Below are positions 59,889 through 64,000 of a stretch of 64,000 nt of DNA, piece after piece. The notes below the pieces were generated by a model. That model had not been told where the DNA came from, did not search any database, and was given only the letters and a program-made list of their open reading frames with translations. The translations under genes and the position numbers were made by a program. How positions within the stretch are numbered: the stretch's first letter is position 1; each line of letters starts with the position of its first letter. The stretch is from Desulfocurvus sp. (GTDB taxonomy: Bacteria > Desulfobacterota > Desulfovibrionia > Desulfovibrionales > Desulfovibrionaceae): NCBI GenBank assembly GCA_020692325.1, contig JAIMKR010000006.1, positions 67,933 to 131,932 of the forward strand, given 5' to 3'.

Positions 59889-61322
59889 TTCGCCCCTCCC
59901 GCGGCGGATTCCGGTGGACGCGCGCCCCCCGGCTGATCTTCGAAGCGGAACGAACCGCCCGTAATGAGTTCAAGACAGGCGTCCACCACCTGGGCGTCAT
60001 ACAACCGGCCGCGCCCGGCGCGGATCTCGTCGAGGGCGGCGTCCACGCCCAGCGCCGGACGATACGGCCGGTGCGAACTCATGGCCTCCACCACGTCGGC
60101 CACGGCCAGGATGCGCGCCTCGCGGCAGATTTCGCCGTCCTTGAGCCCGGCGGGATAGCCCGAGCCGTCCAGCCGCTCGTGATGCTCCAACACAGCACGG
60201 GCCACGGGCCAGGGGAAATTCACCTCGCGCAGAATCTCGAAACCCACCTCGGGGTGGCTCTTCATGATGGCCATTTCCATGTGCGAAAGGCGCGCCGGCT
60301 TGGAGAGAATCTCCGCCGGAACGTAGATCTTGCCGACATCGTGCAGCACGCCGACCATTTCCAGCCCCTCCTGGGCGTCCTCGGAAAGGCCCATGACCCG
60401 GCCGATGGCCCGGGCGAGCCGCCCCACGCGCTGCTGATGCCCGGCGGTGTAGGGGTCGCGCTTCTCGGCCATGCTGGCCAGCGCCCGCACGGTCTGCCGG
60501 AATGTGGCGCGCAACTCGGCCATGCTCTCGCGCATGGCCGCCTCGGCGCGCTTGCGCTGGGTGGCGTCGCGCAGCACCAGCACGCGGCCCAGCAAGCCAT
60601 CGACCAGCCCCTCGCGTCCGGGCGCGTACAACGGCGACACGGAAATGGAAACCGGCACCTCACGGCCGTCGAAGGTGACCAACAGCATGTCCTCGCAACG
60701 GCCGGGCCGCCGCGGACCGGAGCACAACTCCTCCAGCCCCTGCACAGGCGCGCGGTCCGGCTCGCCGAGGATGAGGCACAGACCGCTCCAGCTCCTGCCC
60801 AGGACGCTGTCCGACTCCAGTCCCAAAAGTCGTGAGCCGGCGGGATTGATATACGTCACCACACCCCGCTGGTCCGTGGTGAGCACAGCCTCGGACAGGC
60901 CGGCCAGGGTGGTGGAGAGCAGGCGCTCGTTGCTTTTGAGACGGCTCTCGGCCTCGTGCTTCACCAGCGCCATCTCGATGACGAGGGAAAGTTCGTGATC
61001 CACGAAGGGCTTGGCCAGGTAGCCGGCCGGATTGGTCCGCTTGGCTCGCTCCAGGGTGGCGTCGTCGCTGGCGGCGGTGAGATAGACCCACGGGGGCGAT
61101 GTGCCGCGCCGCGAACTCCCGCGCGGTCTCAATGCCGTCCATGGGGCCGGTGAGCCGCACGTCCATGAGCACCAGGTCCGGGCGGTGCGATTCGGCCAGG
61201 GCCAGGGCCTGCGGACCGGTGGACGCGCGGCCGGTCACCTCGAAGCCCAGCCGCTCCAGCCGGGCCTGAATGTCCAGCGCCACGACGGCCTCGTCCTCAA
61301 CCACCAAAATGCTGCCCTTCAT
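59885..61322 (-). pseudogene. REC-PAS-HD-GYP protein interrupted by a single-base frameshift
   Basis: Receiver begins in ORF 60660-61322 and continues in ORF 59885-61132; one extra G at about 61087-61089; HQQRV, HDVGK, HHERLDGSGYP retained. Confidence 0.8.
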
Positions 61323-61343
61323 GTGGCTCCTCCTTCCGCGAGG

Positions 61344-62285
61344 CTAGCCCGCAGCGACCGCGGCTTCAAGGGCGGCCGCCACCGTGGGGTAGCGAAATGC
61401 GTATCCCGAGGCGAGCAGGCGCGCGGCGCTGGCGTTGACGCCGGAGAGCAGCACCTCCTCGACCATTTGTCCGAGGGCCAGACGTAGCGCGAACGCCGGC
61501 GCGGGCAGAAACGCCGGCCGTCCCAGCGCCCGACCCAACGCCCGGGCGAACCCGCGAGAGTCGAGGACCTCTGGCGCCACGAGGTTGAATGGGCCGTGCG
61601 CCCCCGGTGAGTCCAGCAGATGCGCGATGGCCCCCACCTCGTCGTCCAAATGGATGCAGGGCGCCTTCTGCGTTCCAGCCCCCAGCGGCCCGCCAAGGCC
61701 CAGACGGAAGGCCGGCAGCATCCGCGCCAGCGCGCCGCCCGGCCCCAGCACCATGCTCGTGCGCAGAATGACCCGCCGCACGCCAAGCGCCTCGGCTCCG
61801 GCGGTGGAGGCCTCCCACGCGGCGGCCACGCGGGCCAGGAACCCTTGCCCCTGGGACTCGTCCTCGCCCACGGACTCGTCGCCGCGCGGGCCGTAGTAGC
61901 CCACGGCCGAGGCCTGCGCCAGCACGGCCGGCAGCTTACCGCGCGCGGCCGCGCGGGTAAGCGCGTCCATGACCGCCGCGCCGGCTGCGACCCGGCTGTT
62001 CTCGATACGCCGCATGACCTGCGGCGACCAGCGGCCGGCGGCGATGTTCTCGCCCGCCAGGTTCACGATGGCGCAGCCCGCCGTGATGAAGTCGGCCCAG
62101 CCGGCACCGGTTCCGCCGTCGAAGGGGGCGGCCAGAACGCGCGAGGCGGCAGGCGAGGCGGAAAAGACGGCGGCGACATTCCCCGGCCGGCGGGAAGGCA
62201 CGACGACCTCGTCCCCGCGCGCGGCCAGCGAGAGGGCCAACGCGCGGCCGATGAACCCCGTACCGCCAAGTATGATGATTCGCAT
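61344..62285 (-). CDS. TIGR01777-family (YfcH-like) NAD-dependent epimerase/oxidoreductase
   Basis: GGTGFIG, NLAGENIA..RW, SAVGYYG, LGGPLG.G.Q, IHLDD. Confidence 0.9.
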   Translation of the reverse strand: MRIIILGGTGFIGRALALSLAARGDEVVVPSRRPGNVAAVFSASPAASRVLAAPFDGGTGAGWADFITAGCAIVNLAGENIAAGRWSPQVMRRIENSRVAAGAAVMDALTRAAARGKLPAVLAQASAVGYYGPRGDESVGEDESQGQGFLARVAAAWEASTAGAEALGVRRVILRTSMVLGPGGALARMLPAFRLGLGGPLGAGTQKAPCIHLDDEVGAIAHLLDSPGAHGPFNLVAPEVLDSRGFARALGRALGRPAFLPAPAFALRLALGQMVEEVLLSGVNASAARLLASGYAFRYPTVAAALEAAVAAG

Positions 62286-62466
62286 GTTCCGAAACTACGC
62301 ACATTCCGAGCCAAGGGCAAGCGCATGCCGCGAGTCCGCTGGAACGCAACGCGCGCCTGCGCATTAGACAGGCGCGGGCAAATGCCGTACAAGGTCTGTC
62401 GCCCGCCAGGACGTTCACGCCTTGCCGGGGCGATCAACCGCCCACCCCGACACGCGGACGAGGACC

Positions 62467-64000
<1,534 letters not shown>

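Overview
High-GC chromosomal segment, most likely from a Desulfovibrionaceae sulfate reducer (inferred from the hdrCBA-flxDCBA, frdCAB-fumAB, panC-panD-metK, cobA/hemD fusion and fliJ-motE-truA arrangements). Most of it is housekeeping and energy metabolism (valS, metK, nadE, lepA, lplA, envelope glycosyltransferases, signalling proteins). I recognised no rRNA, tRNA, transposase, integrase or cas gene. The items most worth checking are: (1) a lone AT-rich gene with a HEPN/AbiU2-like RxxxxH motif and a CxxC..CxxC insert, inserted between a BPL-N gene and a guanidine-II riboswitch/gdx; (2) an eroded, roughly 61-bp-period repeat-spacer array resembling a type I-E CRISPR between the fumarase genes and hdrC; (3) an OrpR-like Fe-S/PAS sigma54 activator with three palindromic boxes and a sigma54 promoter driving an unknown gene rather than an orp operon; (4) an FrdA whose substrate-binding Thr-Glu pair is replaced; (5) two composite hairpin repeat elements with covarying stems bracketing lplA and a DUF362 gene; (6) a candidate structured sRNA after flxA; (7) a single-base frameshift in a REC-PAS-HD-GYP gene. 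All family calls come from motif recognition by eye, with no database searches. Start codons were chosen by eye.
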